Origin: an uncultured Acidobacteriota bacterium
GTDB lineage: Bacteria > Acidobacteriota > Blastocatellia > RBC074
Assembly (NCBI GenBank): GCA_963796275.1
Contig: CAWCKY010000004.1
Location: 512,001 to 576,000 of the forward strand
Reading direction: 5' to 3'
DNA: 64,000 nt
The notes beneath the pieces were generated by a model. That model was not told where the DNA came from. It did no database searches and worked only from the letters and a program-made list of their open reading frames with translations. A program made the translations under genes and the position numbers. Numbering within the stretch: the first letter of the stretch is position 1; each line of letters begins with the position of its first letter. Below, in pieces: positions 1-11,819 of this stretch.

Positions 1-63
1 GCGAGTGGCCTTGTCAAGCGATGGCCGCCTCAACTGCCTCAACCCTTTGTGGCTGATCCAAAG

Positions 64-1092
64 TCATCGCTCCGACTGCATTGATTTGAGATGGGAGAAG
101 CTCACCAACCTCTGCTGCTCTTCATCCCAAAGCTTGAGCGAGGCTAACTTCAGGCTCTCCCAAAACCTGATTACAGTAACTTGCTTTAACAGCGGCATCT
201 CTTCATGGCATCGTTCCAGCTTGTAGTTTGGGATCTTGGGACTGAGGTGGTGAATATGATGAAAGCCTATGTTACCCGAAAACCACTGCAGGATTTTCGG
301 CAGTTTGTAATATGAGCTGCCGTGTATAGCTGCCGTCGCATAATCCCAATTCGGCGCATTTTGCCAATAGGTGTTTTCATACTGATGCTGGATGTAAAAT
401 AACCACACACCTGTCGCGCCGGCGATCATATTGATCGGCATCCAGATCAGCAGGAATGTTTTCACGCCAACCGTCAGACATAATCCTGCCCAGATGGCGA
501 ACAACGTTGTGTTAGTCAGATAAACATTGTTACGTTCGCGACGCCCGGAATGTTTGCCGATGAGGCGATAATTCCACAAAAACAGGTATAGCGGCCCGAG
601 CAACAGCATTACTAATGGGTTTCGATAAAGTCTATATTGAACCCGTCCCCAAAGTGAAAGTGTCAGATACTCTCTTACTGTCAGCGTTGTAACATCGCCG
701 ACTCCGCGCCGTTCCAGATCGCCCGAGGAAGCATGATGGATCGCATGTTCGCGCGTCCATTGAAAATAAGGGGTTTGAGTCAGAATTCCGCAGATTGTAC
801 CTACAACGTGGTTGGCTCTGGCAGATTTGAAGAACGAACTATGCCCGCAATCATGCAGGATAATAAAGATTCGCATCATCGACCCGGCCGCGGGTAGGGC
901 TAACAACAACGTCAGCCAATACGAGACCGACAAGCTGCGATACATCAGATACCACAACACAAAGTAAGGGATGACCGAGTTTGCGATTTGCCAGATGCTG
1001 CACCGGATATCGGGAGATTGATATTTTTTGACGAATTCCTGCCAATCGATCTTTGTCACGGTAGTTTTGACTGGAACATGGTTAAACTTCAT
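64..1092 (-). CDS. des: Membrane fatty acid desaturase (Bacillus Des-like)
   Basis: Three His boxes HDCGH, HAIHH, HHIHH plus hydrophobic segments; start moved to ATG at 1092, which has an AGGAG SD. Confidence 0.9.
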   Translation of the reverse strand: MKFNHVPVKTTVTKIDWQEFVKKYQSPDIRCSIWQIANSVIPYFVLWYLMYRSLSVSYWLTLLLALPAAGSMMRIFIILHDCGHSSFFKSARANHVVGTICGILTQTPYFQWTREHAIHHASSGDLERRGVGDVTTLTVREYLTLSLWGRVQYRLYRNPLVMLLLGPLYLFLWNYRLIGKHSGRRERNNVYLTNTTLFAIWAGLCLTVGVKTFLLIWMPINMIAGATGVWLFYIQHQYENTYWQNAPNWDYATAAIHGSSYYKLPKILQWFSGNIGFHHIHHLSPKIPNYKLERCHEEMPLLKQVTVIRFWESLKLASLKLWDEEQQRLVSFSHLKSMQSER

Positions 1093-2140
1093 CTGCGCTT
1101 CTCCTAAAAATTCATCGAAGCATTCCATCGGGGTAATCACGTTGAACAGTGTGAACACTATTTACTGATGTTAAGTGCCGGAATTGAAAACAACAATTGG
1201 ACAACGGCTGAAGCAACCCGACGCCGCTGGTATTACACAACTTTTACATTCATTGGGAGCATAAGCGACCAGGGATTGGGTAAGCGGAAGTTTATCGAAG
1301 CTCAGGTCACTTACGCTCGACGTAATGCTACCTGGCTCAATCTAATGGGTTTTTCGCCGATAGCGGAAATTCACCTTGGAATCTACCCTGCGATCTAAAT
1401 AATTTCTCGCTCTATGCTCGCTCTATGAAAGATGTCTCATTGGCTATTGGAGAACAAGAAGAAGAATGGCGCTGACTGAACCAAGACGACTGAACCAACT
1501 CATGTCACATGTCAATAGATCAAGATTATGGCGGTGAGTGGCTGGAGGAAGCCTATGTATACTCCCTCCACGTGAAGCTTTCCCGACTGAATGAAGCGCT
1601 TTTTGAACCAATGAAGGCGAGCCCTATGACCAATCTCAGTTACTAGGTAGGCAACACAATCTTTAAGTCGTTGAGGTAAGTAAGTATGGTATTTTCGACT
1701 GGTTTAATATTCACCTACACGGATGGGCAGTAAGATCGGTACTTGATTATGACAGACTACTTCGGCGATGAAAGAACTACGCCGGCTTTCGCATTGGTGT
1801 ATATAAAAACTGGTCTACTGCGTGGTTATAACCATTTCAACATCTGGTCGATCCTAGCGATGATGTTACTTTTGAAGTTCTCATTCTGTTCCAATGTGGG
1901 AGGGAACGACCAGGGCAAAATAATTTCTTCGCAGCAACATGTTCATACTGAACCAGTGAGATAAAATCACCGTGGAATGGCCTTGCCGCCTTAGTCGGTA
2001 GTCTGATTCCCATCTTCCAGGCACTTGCATACCCCAGGTGGCTGGAGGGTGAAATTCAATACCTTTCATTTCACCTACGTCGTGGCACACATGCACCTGA
2101 TCAGTGTCGCCAGGTCACTTTCGATCACCGTTCACCTCAG

Positions 2141-3829
<1,689 letters not shown>

Positions 3830-3836
3830 CTAAATT

Positions 3837-3914
3837 CACACCGGATCGACAGATGCGACGGATATTTACGGATAAAATCCGTGTTTGATCTGTCGCATCC
3901 ATGTCGATCTGTGG
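3837..3914. repeat. Imperfect intergenic inverted repeat
   Basis: ggatcgacagatgcgacggat...acggat AAA atccgt...atctgtcgcatc...gtcgatct arms visible. Confidence 0.7.
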
Positions 3915-4397
3915 GGGATTTTCTGTACCAATCTCATGTGCTTTCATTTAGTCTCCGAAACATTTCCCAAATAGAACTCAGAACTTTCTTGAATATGCCA
4001 ATGACGGACGTGAAAACTCACGTAGGGCAATCCCAGGAATCGTCCTGCGGCTATTCTTAATAATTTCCATTCATTAACAGTTTTTCGATCTCATTTTCGC
4101 GAGGACCTGCTTGATCGCTTTACGTCTGGTCGTTTCTTTATCAGAACCGAAGATTCTCGAGTTAAGCTCCCCAGTTATGTAAAAGAAAGCTCCACCCTGT
4201 TTCGCTGAGCATTTGTTTCATTCCGTCACTGTAGAAATTTTTGACCAATATCCAATATCCGTCCCTGACACAGTGCTCGCTTTCGAACAACCAAGGTTTC
4301 TGGCAGGATGTCTTCAGCGATCAGAATAGACCCCCGGCTTTGAACGTGTTTGCCCCTTGCTGCCTCCCGCTATGAAGATCACCCAGTCCGGAATAAA

Positions 4398-4421
4398 TTA
4401 CTGTCCAATATTGGACAGTAA
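4398..4421. promoter_or_regulatory. Putative Crp/Fnr-type operator, copy 1 (perfect 24-bp palindrome)
   Basis: TTACTGTCCAATATTGGACAGTAA; the 16-bp core recurs at 8962, 10468 and 11820. Confidence 0.75.
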
Positions 4422-4467
4422 ACACAAAAAGAAAGGGAATGGAGTTGTTCTTGTACTGGTATTGTGG

Positions 4468-6009
4468 TCATCCAGTCGTCACGAGAGCGCCTGACTTTTT
4501 CTTTCGCGCCTTGCGGGCCTCAACCGCTTCTCCCACCAGCCTGAAGATCGTCTTTCGATTCTGAGCGATGACTTTCAGCCAGTCCCACACGCCCATCTGC
4601 GGAAAATAGATCCCGCGAAAGAAGAAGCGCGCGATGAGATGGGCGATCCGTGACTCGACCGGTTTGTAATTGATCGAATCGATCGCCTCGGTGATCCGTT
4701 CCGGGCTATACGAAGCCGTCCACGCCAGAGCGATCTCGCGATGCACCTCCGAGGCGCTCATCTTGAGCGGCGTGTGCGCCATCTGAAAAGGCGCAAAATC
4801 GAGCCAGTGCTTGGGCCGCGTCAGCCGTCCCGCCGTCTCGAGACGCTTATAGAGCGGGGTCGATGGGAATGGCGTCAGCAGGCCGAAGACGGGCAGCCCC
4901 GGCGGCCAGCTCTGAATCTGTTCCAGCGTCCGCTTGGCAACCCCGGGCGTGTCGTTGTCCATCCCGAAGATGAAGGATGTGATGGCGTAGAGGTTGCGCT
5001 GGGCGAGCCGATCGAGCACCGCCGCATATTCTCCCGGCTTATTGAACCCCTTGTTGACATCGGCCAGGTTGACCGGGTCGATCGACTCCATGCCGATGAA
5101 TATCCATCTGCCGCCGGCGGAGGCGATGAGGTCGACCAGTTCCTCGTCGCGCAGCAGGTTGGCGCTGATCTGCGCGACAAAAGGAAGCTGGGCATCGGCC
5201 GCGATAATGTCGCGGAGTAACGATTTCGTCCGCTTGATGTTGATCGCAAAGTTGTCATCGACGAACAATACAGCGATCTGACCGCCTTCTCTCCGTGCGC
5301 GGGCCTTCAGTCGCAACATCTCCTCGACGATGCTCTCGTTGGAACGAAATCGGATCGAGTCGCCGAAGAAGCCGGTAACCGTGCAGAATTCGCATCCGTA
5401 AGGACATCCGCGCCCCGATTCGATCGGCACCACGCGGAACGAATTCAGCTTGACTCCCAGACGCCGGAGGATGGGCCGCAGTATCTTGGGAACGAGATTG
5501 AAGTGATTGAGATCGAGCGTATCCCACGGAATTATCGGATAGGGCTGAAGACTCGGCTTGCGTTCCTTGCCCGTCTCATCTACGGGCTCATAGACCTCTT
5601 TCAGTTCACCGCGGGCGGCATCCTCAACAATCCTGGGCCAGGTTTCATCGGCTTCACCCAGGGCCACCACGTCGGCGTGGCGAACACCGCCATCCCGCCC
5701 GAGCGCTTCATCCGGCATTTCGGTTACGTGGGGTCCGCCCATGACGACGGGGACCCCGGTTGCGCGGATCGCGTCGGCCATCCGATAGGCTTTTGCTATC
5801 ATGCGGGTCATCGCGCCGATGCCCACCAGGCCGATCTGTTCCTCGCGCACGAAGCGCGCGATAGCTTCCTCGTCCATTGCCTGTGTGTTGCCATCGACCA
5901 GCAGCACTTCGTGACCGGGAGGAGTGAGGGATTGAAGCACGAACATCCAAAGATGCGGCATGTAATTGCGTGTTATTCCGTTGTCCGGATTATAAAGTAG
6001 GATCTTCAT
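4468..6009 (-). CDS. B12-binding domain radical SAM protein
   Basis: CxxxCxxC (RGCPYGCEFC); N-terminal cobalamin-binding-like region (VVMGGPHVT, GEADETW); FVDDNF and GMES motifs. Confidence 0.88.
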   Translation of the reverse strand: MKILLYNPDNGITRNYMPHLWMFVLQSLTPPGHEVLLVDGNTQAMDEEAIARFVREEQIGLVGIGAMTRMIAKAYRMADAIRATGVPVVMGGPHVTEMPDEALGRDGGVRHADVVALGEADETWPRIVEDAARGELKEVYEPVDETGKERKPSLQPYPIIPWDTLDLNHFNLVPKILRPILRRLGVKLNSFRVVPIESGRGCPYGCEFCTVTGFFGDSIRFRSNESIVEEMLRLKARARREGGQIAVLFVDDNFAINIKRTKSLLRDIIAADAQLPFVAQISANLLRDEELVDLIASAGGRWIFIGMESIDPVNLADVNKGFNKPGEYAAVLDRLAQRNLYAITSFIFGMDNDTPGVAKRTLEQIQSWPPGLPVFGLLTPFPSTPLYKRLETAGRLTRPKHWLDFAPFQMAHTPLKMSASEVHREIALAWTASYSPERITEAIDSINYKPVESRIAHLIARFFFRGIYFPQMGVWDWLKVIAQNRKTIFRLVGEAVEARKARKKKSGALVTTG

Positions 6010-6361
6010 CGTTTATTCTCCAATAATGGACTCTATTGAAGTGAGTTGCCTGCTATGTGACGTTTAGGTAACATTCACAGGTCTCCCGGCTGGCGCCGAG
6101 CAAATGCTCGCATATGAGATCATTGCATCTGCCATCGGGTAGTGTGAGAACGTGGTGTTATCAACTTAAATAAGAGAATCGGGCTTAAATAAGAGAATCG
6201 GGCGATGTTGTGAAAAGATCACTGTAAACTCTGCCAAGATCCTCGTCTGTGCGATAACGCGCTTATAATTCAGTTAATTTCGATGGAGAGTAAGAACACT
6301 ATGTGCGAGAGCTAACATATAGGCTATACTCTGCTGTGTCAAATCCAACAGCAATCCGATT

Positions 6362-7081
6362 ATGACCAATAGGTTTTCTTACAAATCTCAGGGTTCGGTT
6401 GAAAACCGGTTGCTCGCCGCCCTTCCCGATGAGGCATTTGATCGTCTTCTGCCCCATCTGCAACCAGTCTACTTCGCGCTCGGCGATGTAGTTTACGAAT
6501 CGAGCGAACAGATGGAGCACATCTATTTCCCGACAACCTGCATTGTCTCGTTACTCTATACCATGACTGACGGCGCAACCGCCGAGATGGGTCTGGTGGG
6601 TAAGGATGGCGTCGTTGGGATTGCCCTCTTTATGGGTGGCAACACAGTTCCCAACCGCGCAGTAGTGCAGGTCGCGGGCGACGCCTTCAGAGTGCGAGCG
6701 CCGGTCATTCAGGAAGAGTTCAAGCGGGGAGGCACGTGTCAACTGCTGCTACTGCGCTATACGCAAGCGCTGATCACCCAGATATCCCAAACGGCCGTCT
6801 GCAACCGCCTGCATACGGTCGAGCAGCGACTCTGCCGCTGGCTCCTGCTAACGCACGACCGGGTAGAGTCAGCAGAATTACGACTCACGCAGGAGTTCAT
6901 CGCCAATATGCTGGGGGGACGTCGCGAGAGTGTTACCAAGGCAGCGGGACACTTGCAGGCAGCCGGGCTGATCCGCTACATCCGTGGTCACATCACTATC
7001 CTCGATCGTAAGCGCCTGGAAGCAGCAAGTTGTGAGTGTTATCAGGTAGTCAAAACTGAGTTCGATCGTCTGCTTGGGTAG
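6362..7081 (+). CDS. Crp/Fnr family transcriptional regulator
   Basis: cNMP-like domain, EQRLCRWLL, and HTH LTQEFIANMLGGRRESVT. Confidence 0.92.
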   Translation: MTNRFSYKSQGSVENRLLAALPDEAFDRLLPHLQPVYFALGDVVYESSEQMEHIYFPTTCIVSLLYTMTDGATAEMGLVGKDGVVGIALFMGGNTVPNRAVVQVAGDAFRVRAPVIQEEFKRGGTCQLLLLRYTQALITQISQTAVCNRLHTVEQRLCRWLLLTHDRVESAELRLTQEFIANMLGGRRESVTKAAGHLQAAGLIRYIRGHITILDRKRLEAASCECYQVVKTEFDRLLG

Positions 7082-7453
7082 GTGTTTCCTTCATGCCTTC
7101 TCCCTCCACTCAACCTACAGACAATGATGTCCGCCAGTCCGGTAGAGGGAGGTAAATATGATGTTGCTGTCCCAATGGCTTTGGACGCTAATCACAAGAA
7201 ATGGCAGATTAAGTGATATCAATCACTCACGTATGTGCCCTAACACACATATAACCTAATTATTTTTTATAGAGTGAGCAGTTTCGCAGTGTTGATGACA
7301 TACCGACCTGTCGCTTATCTGGTATAGTGACAGAGGCCAGTCATTTTTTCGATAGTTTCACCATTCGATATCGGGATCGAGGTCGATAGCCTTCTCCTTG
7401 TGCCGTGTCTGTTAGGTTCCCAAAGATGACAGCAGCTATACAAGGAGACTTTC

Positions 7454-7708
7454 ATGCCCATATCTATGCCAATACGCGAACCGGTGTCCAACCAACTGCT
7501 CGCCGCGTTACTAGGGAAAAGAATATCAACGTCTGCAGCATATCTGGAGCAGGCCACTTTGTCTTTTGGGGAAATCCTCTACGAACGGGTGAGATCATCC
7601 GAGACGTCTATTTCCCGAATTATGGCATCATTTCTTTGCTTTCTATGGTGGAAGAGCGCTCGACCCTCGGAGTGGGGATCGTCGGGAAAGAAGGCATGGA
7701 CTTTTTGA
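7454..7708 (+). pseudogene. Degraded paralog of the 6362 Crp/Fnr gene
   Basis: NQLLAALL in one frame and VYFPNYGIISLLSMVEERSTLGVGIVGKEGM in another match the N-terminal half of 6362..7081; frameshifted and truncated. Confidence 0.75.
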
Positions 7709-7763
7709 AAATGCCGCGAGTGCGCGGAAACGCTCGCCAAAGGCAGTTTTTGCGCCCACTCGA

Positions 7764-8045
7764 TCAGGGCAGCCTTGTTTCACTTCGATGCTCTGTCACC
7801 GGCAAGACGCAATCCTCTTTCAGAACCTCGCTCATCGCGAGCACCCGCTTGAGTTCTTTTCCGGCAAGGCCAAAAAACATGGCCATCTGTTTCAGTTGTT
7901 CTCGCCCGGTATAATCCGCTGGCGTCGAGCAAAACCGCTCGATCCCGGGTGTAAAGTCTATGCACCTCATTTTCTTTGGTGTCTTGTGTCCTTTGGAGCA
8001 ACGGCCGTCCGCCTCCTGTAGCACACAAAACTCACACAATGTCAT
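7764..8045 (-). CDS. Small Cys-rich hypothetical protein
   Basis: 93 aa; CxxC-x8-C-x11-C-x10-C; GAGG SD overlaps the stop of the upstream gene. Confidence 0.65.
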   Translation of the reverse strand: MTLCEFCVLQEADGRCSKGHKTPKKMRCIDFTPGIERFCSTPADYTGREQLKQMAMFFGLAGKELKRVLAMSEVLKEDCVLPVTEHRSETRLP

Positions 8046-8054
8046 GTACTTACC

Positions 8055-8543
8055 TCACTTGCCTAGTTTTCGGGCCAGTCGCAGCAGCGTCTTGCCCAGC
8101 CGCTGTTTGCTATCAGCCATCATCAGGTTGGCGATCACCTGCTGTTGCTCGGCAATGCGCACCACCAGATACTGTACGAAGCCCTCAAACAGCGCATCAC
8201 GGCTTAACCGCGCAAAGAACTGGGAACAAGGTATTCGTTTTAAGATCGTTTCTTCCATCGCGGTCGCAGTTTCCAGACGTGCTACCAACCCGGCCAGGGA
8301 CAGCTCGCCGAAAATATCTCCCGCGTTGTAAGTCGCCAGCAGGCACTCTCTGCCGCCAGGCAAGAGCATCAGCAGTTTGATCTGCCCGCTTTCAATGAAG
8401 TAGACCATCTCATCTCGATCGCCGCTATGGTAGACATATTCGTGTTTCGCGATCGTGATGGCGCGCGAATCTCGGGTCTCGTGCCGCAACGAATCGCTCA
8501 ATTGTCGTTTGAGCCGTTCAGCTAGAGCAATCTCTTGGATCAT
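8055..8543 (-). CDS. Crp/Fnr paralog truncated before the HTH (cNMP-like domain plus dimerisation helix only)
   Basis: Collinear with 11883..12563 from MIQE to LARKLG, then stops. Confidence 0.8.
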   Translation of the reverse strand: MIQEIALAERLKRQLSDSLRHETRDSRAITIAKHEYVYHSGDRDEMVYFIESGQIKLLMLLPGGRECLLATYNAGDIFGELSLAGLVARLETATAMEETILKRIPCSQFFARLSRDALFEGFVQYLVVRIAEQQQVIANLMMADSKQRLGKTLLRLARKLGK

Positions 8544-8961
8544 GATCCTGTCTCCATCCTGTCTCCATCCTGTCTCCACGCGGTGCGCGAAGAAGCGCAA
8601 CACACTACAGCCGCAATAAACTACCGCTCCAATAACGAATCAAAAAACCGCCGGCTCCGCCGACCAGGCCCGACAACCACAAAAAAACAAGGATAGTGAA
8701 GATTATCCAAAGCATAGACTCCCTCCAAATTTATTGAGCTTCTGGCAATCGGTTTGCCTGCTTCGCTTCCGCCGCGTCGCGACACTATGGATGTAGACCG
8801 CTTTTTCAATGCCTTGTCATAGCCCAAACTTTCGCACGAAATGTACACCTTCTTCGTCGCGTAGCGACGGCGTGAATGGCCGTTGCCTTAACCTCAATCT
8901 TGGGTGCCTGAACCCGGCTCCAATTTGCATTTGAATGATAGGCTGACTCGGGAGGGAGTAC

Positions 8962-8977
8962 CGTCCACTATTGGACA
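8962..8977. promoter_or_regulatory. Putative Crp/Fnr-type operator, copy 2 (2 mismatches)
   Basis: CGTCCACTATTGGACA with minus-strand TATCAT at the conserved spacing. Confidence 0.6.
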
Positions 8978-9063
8978 AGGTTGATAAGAAATATCATTTC
9001 GATGCCTTTGGGATAAAAAGGCAACCTGCATAAGCGGAGCGGCTTCACGATCAAGGTAGGCGG

Positions 9064-9273
9064 TTAAAGGCTTGCAGGCGGATCATCGTCAGGCCGACCG
9101 GCTGACTCGGCTTCGCTTTGCATTGAATCCGACTCGAACCAGCGCCGCCTGATTTCGGCATCGGCGGCGGACTGCATCGCTCGCCGTTCTTTCTGCTCCC
9201 GCAGCCAAACCTTTTGCAAGGCTTCAGCGTTGCGCGCCAGCCTGGCCAGATGCTCACGATCTATGCTTGTCAT
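9064..9273 (-). CDS. Small hypothetical protein
   Basis: Strong GGAGGAG SD before the ATG at 9273; follows the STAS gene directly. Confidence 0.55.
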   Translation of the reverse strand: MTSIDREHLARLARNAEALQKVWLREQKERRAMQSAADAEIRRRWFESDSMQSEAESAGRPDDDPPASL

Positions 9274-9290
9274 AGCTCCTCCCTTTCTGA

Positions 9291-9629
9291 TCACGTATCG
9301 AAACTGGAAACCGCCGCCGGCTCGGAGTCGAACGTCTCAAATATACTGATCAGCTTTGTAATTGCCATCAGAGCTTGCAAACGTTCACTGAGATGAATCA
9401 GCTTGAGATGCCCTCCCACTTTTTGCAGAGTTGTATAGCAGGAGATGAGTTCACCCAGGCCACTGCTGTCCATGTATGGGACTCTTGCAAAGTTAATGAT
9501 CAGCTTACGAGCCCCAGCATCGAAAGCGGCATTGACCCTTTTTTTAAACTCTACATTCCCTTCCAGAGCTAGGTTGCCATCGAGATCCAGAACTGTGATA
9601 TCGTTTAGCGTGCGCTCGATGATTTTCAT
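9291..9629 (-). CDS. STAS domain anti-sigma factor antagonist
   Basis: VPYMDSSGLGEL phosphorylation-site motif; 112 aa. Confidence 0.92.
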   Translation of the reverse strand: MKIIERTLNDITVLDLDGNLALEGNVEFKKRVNAAFDAGARKLIINFARVPYMDSSGLGELISCYTTLQKVGGHLKLIHLSERLQALMAITKLISIFETFDSEPAAVSSFDT

Positions 9630-9706
9630 CTCTTTTCCTCGGTGCTTACCCCAGAACGAAACAGAATGCCCCTACCATTTGTCTGATGCCAGTCGCTAAC
9701 CGGTTA

Positions 9707-10072
9707 TCAAAACCTGGGCTTTTGGAGAATCTCATTATTATTGCGTCTCTCCTCGTCTGTTGCACGAAGCTGTTCCCGGTATACCTGATTAGTTGTGGCC
9801 GCCTCTCGCTTGAGGTCTTCCAAGTAACCCTGGAGTTGGTCGTCTATAGGGCAGATGATTCGAATCTGGTCATCTTTCACAATTGGCGATTGTAATGAGT
9901 GTGACGGCTCGGCGTGATTTTTCCAGAGCCGATTGAAGGTCTCGATCCAGAGTCCGCTAGGACGGCTCGAGAGAATAGACGTAACAATGAACTGATCTTT
10001 ACCTTCTCTGTGCGGTAATCCGGATATACTATTGCCAACGATGATGATGTCAGTGAAGTGGGATTCTGCCAT
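9707..10072 (-). CDS. Hypothetical protein
   Basis: Open frame co-oriented with neighbours, plausible composition; no family recognised. Confidence 0.55.
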   Translation of the reverse strand: MAESHFTDIIIVGNSISGLPHREGKDQFIVTSILSSRPSGLWIETFNRLWKNHAEPSHSLQSPIVKDDQIRIICPIDDQLQGYLEDLKREAATTNQVYREQLRATDEERRNNNEILQKPRF

Positions 10073-10164
10073 TTTTGCCTTCAATAGATTTTGGTGATGC
10101 TGTATTTAGAGCAGAGCTCTGGTAACGCATCAAACTGCCTAGCTGCTATACATAGCCGCTACTT

Positions 10165-10410
10165 TCAGCATCTGAAGCGATCCAATTCTTCCTGCTTGAA
10201 ATTGAGCTTGAATCGGGTCCTTTCCAGCTTCCCGGCAGCTCCAAAACCGAAGAACTCACCTAGCTTCCGAATAATAGGGGGAGAACAGAGATTCTTTTGC
10301 TCTAACTCGACAAGTTGAGCTGTAAGTACCGCAACATCATCTTCTAGTTCTGCGGTCCTGCGGCGGAACCAGAGAGAGCCTTGTTCAATCTTTGCATTGG
10401 GCATCTTCAC
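10165..10410 (-). CDS. Hypothetical coiled-coil protein
   Basis: Short ORF immediately downstream of the 10468 operator/promoter; no family recognised. Confidence 0.35.
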   Translation of the reverse strand: MKMPNAKIEQGSLWFRRRTAELEDDVAVLTAQLVELEQKNLCSPPIIRKLGEFFGFGAAGKLERTRFKLNFKQEELDRFRC

Positions 10411-10467
10411 GTTCCAATTAAATTCTTAAGTTGTACACTAATGATCGGCCAGCCCGGGAAATATTGC

Positions 10468-10483
10468 TGTCCAATATTGGACA
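10468..10483. promoter_or_regulatory. Putative Crp/Fnr-type operator, copy 3
   Basis: Perfect TGTCCAATATTGGACA. Confidence 0.75.
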
Positions 10484-10704
10484 GTCTCGAAAAGAAAGGT
10501 GGTACACCCGATGACGGGTATTCCTCGGCTAAAGGTTTTTTATGAACAACAGAAGCCAAGGTTCGGGTACTGTGTTCGGTGACGCCCCGGCTTCGCTTCA
10601 AGATGACTTGCGAATGCCAACCCAGTCGGCTCCGCTTGTTACAGCATCGCTGGTTGGGAGAGAGTAGTGCGAAGAGAAATCACTTAAGTTTTCTATATTT
10701 GGCG

Positions 10705-11163
10705 CTATGCAGCCAAATCAGGTGAGAGTTTACCTAGTGAGAATCCGTTCACAGCTTCTAATCGCCCCCGCCATAAAACGCCTTTTTCGGAAAGTAGAAC
10801 GGGGCCGCCAGCGTGGTACATTTGCACATTTCTAAGATGAACGAGGTGCGGTTTCGGGATGTAAGCATTCCCTCGCGATACTTTCTGAATCGGATCATAC
10901 ACGTCACCAAGCCTCTTGAAGGCCACCTCGATCCTTGCGGCTGTTTCACTACTGATACCTTTGAAACCATCTTTGAATTGGTGAGCGAATTCAGTGAAAT
11001 AAGTTTTCCCGCCGATCATTTCACCGGAAATGAGAAGGCTGCCGACGCTCAGTATAATCGGAATGCTAGCAGACTCGTTCTCGTCGTTTACGATTGAGAC
11101 GAGAGACTGAAGAAACCAGTCCACAGTTTTTGATTCTGTATTTTCTGATTGAGCTTCCATCAT
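10705..11163 (-). CDS. GvpU-like protein
   Basis: DWFLQSLV...LSVGSLLISG.MIGGKTYF...HLRNV...LWRGRLEAVNGFSLG resembles the GvpU family as recalled; start overlaps the carD stop (ATGA). Confidence 0.6.
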   Translation of the reverse strand: MMEAQSENTESKTVDWFLQSLVSIVNDENESASIPIILSVGSLLISGEMIGGKTYFTEFAHQFKDGFKGISSETAARIEVAFKRLGDVYDPIQKVSRGNAYIPKPHLVHLRNVQMYHAGGPVLLSEKGVLWRGRLEAVNGFSLGKLSPDLAA

Positions 11164-11702
11164 TTCATATTCATGCAAGGTGGCTTGCCAGTATCAACTA
11201 TACTAGCATGGACCGTTTTTCGCGCTTCGAGAGCCTGATCAATCTGTTCCTCTGCCACGCTCTTCGTCACCCCCATCACCTCAGCGAGCTCGCTAACCAG
11301 GAGCTTTCTCGCTCTTTCCAGACTCCATTTCTCACGAAGCGACAGCTCCTTCGTCTCTCTCAACTCGGTTAGTGACTCAATGATTCTGGCCAGGTCAAAT
11401 GGCGATCCGGAGTTGAACAGATTTAGGTTGTCGTTGGCACGCTGCCTCCAGTCGATAGCCATTCTGGTTGTCTTCATTAGCTGGTCAAGCAGTTTCGGTA
11501 TATCAGACTTCTCCAGCAGCGGCCGAATACCGACGGCCTGGATTTTATCTACTGGGACGTACAACTCGCCGCCACTCCCATCCAAGATTACCAGATGGTA
11601 GAAACTTCTCAGTCTGTCGTTGACGACTCTATTGGTGACCGTGTCAATAAGACAAGGGCCCTGACACGGATAAACAACTTTATTCCCAACGCTAAATACC
11701 AC
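11160..11702 (-). CDS. carD: CarD family transcription factor
   Basis: FSVGNKVVYP..G N-terminal RNAP-interacting domain, conserved Trp (DWRQR), LSLREK..LERARKLLVSELA. Confidence 0.88.
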   Translation of the reverse strand: MVFSVGNKVVYPCQGPCLIDTVTNRVVNDRLRSFYHLVILDGSGGELYVPVDKIQAVGIRPLLEKSDIPKLLDQLMKTTRMAIDWRQRANDNLNLFNSGSPFDLARIIESLTELRETKELSLREKWSLERARKLLVSELAEVMGVTKSVAEEQIDQALEARKTVHASIVDTGKPPCMNMK

Positions 11703-11819
11703 TCGAACCTCATTCTCCAGCCAGATTCCTGGTCTTCGTCCAATCTAAATCGGACCGTCAGCGGCACCTTACCGATTCCGTTCCGAACTTGATAATAAGG
11801 CTGATCTAGGGTGAATTTC

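Noticed and set aside
1168-2096. Short ORFs between des and groEL
   Set aside because: No recognisable motifs or convincing SD sequences
10705-11163. Gas vesicle gene cluster
   Set aside because: No gvpA, gvpN or other gvp-like genes in the window
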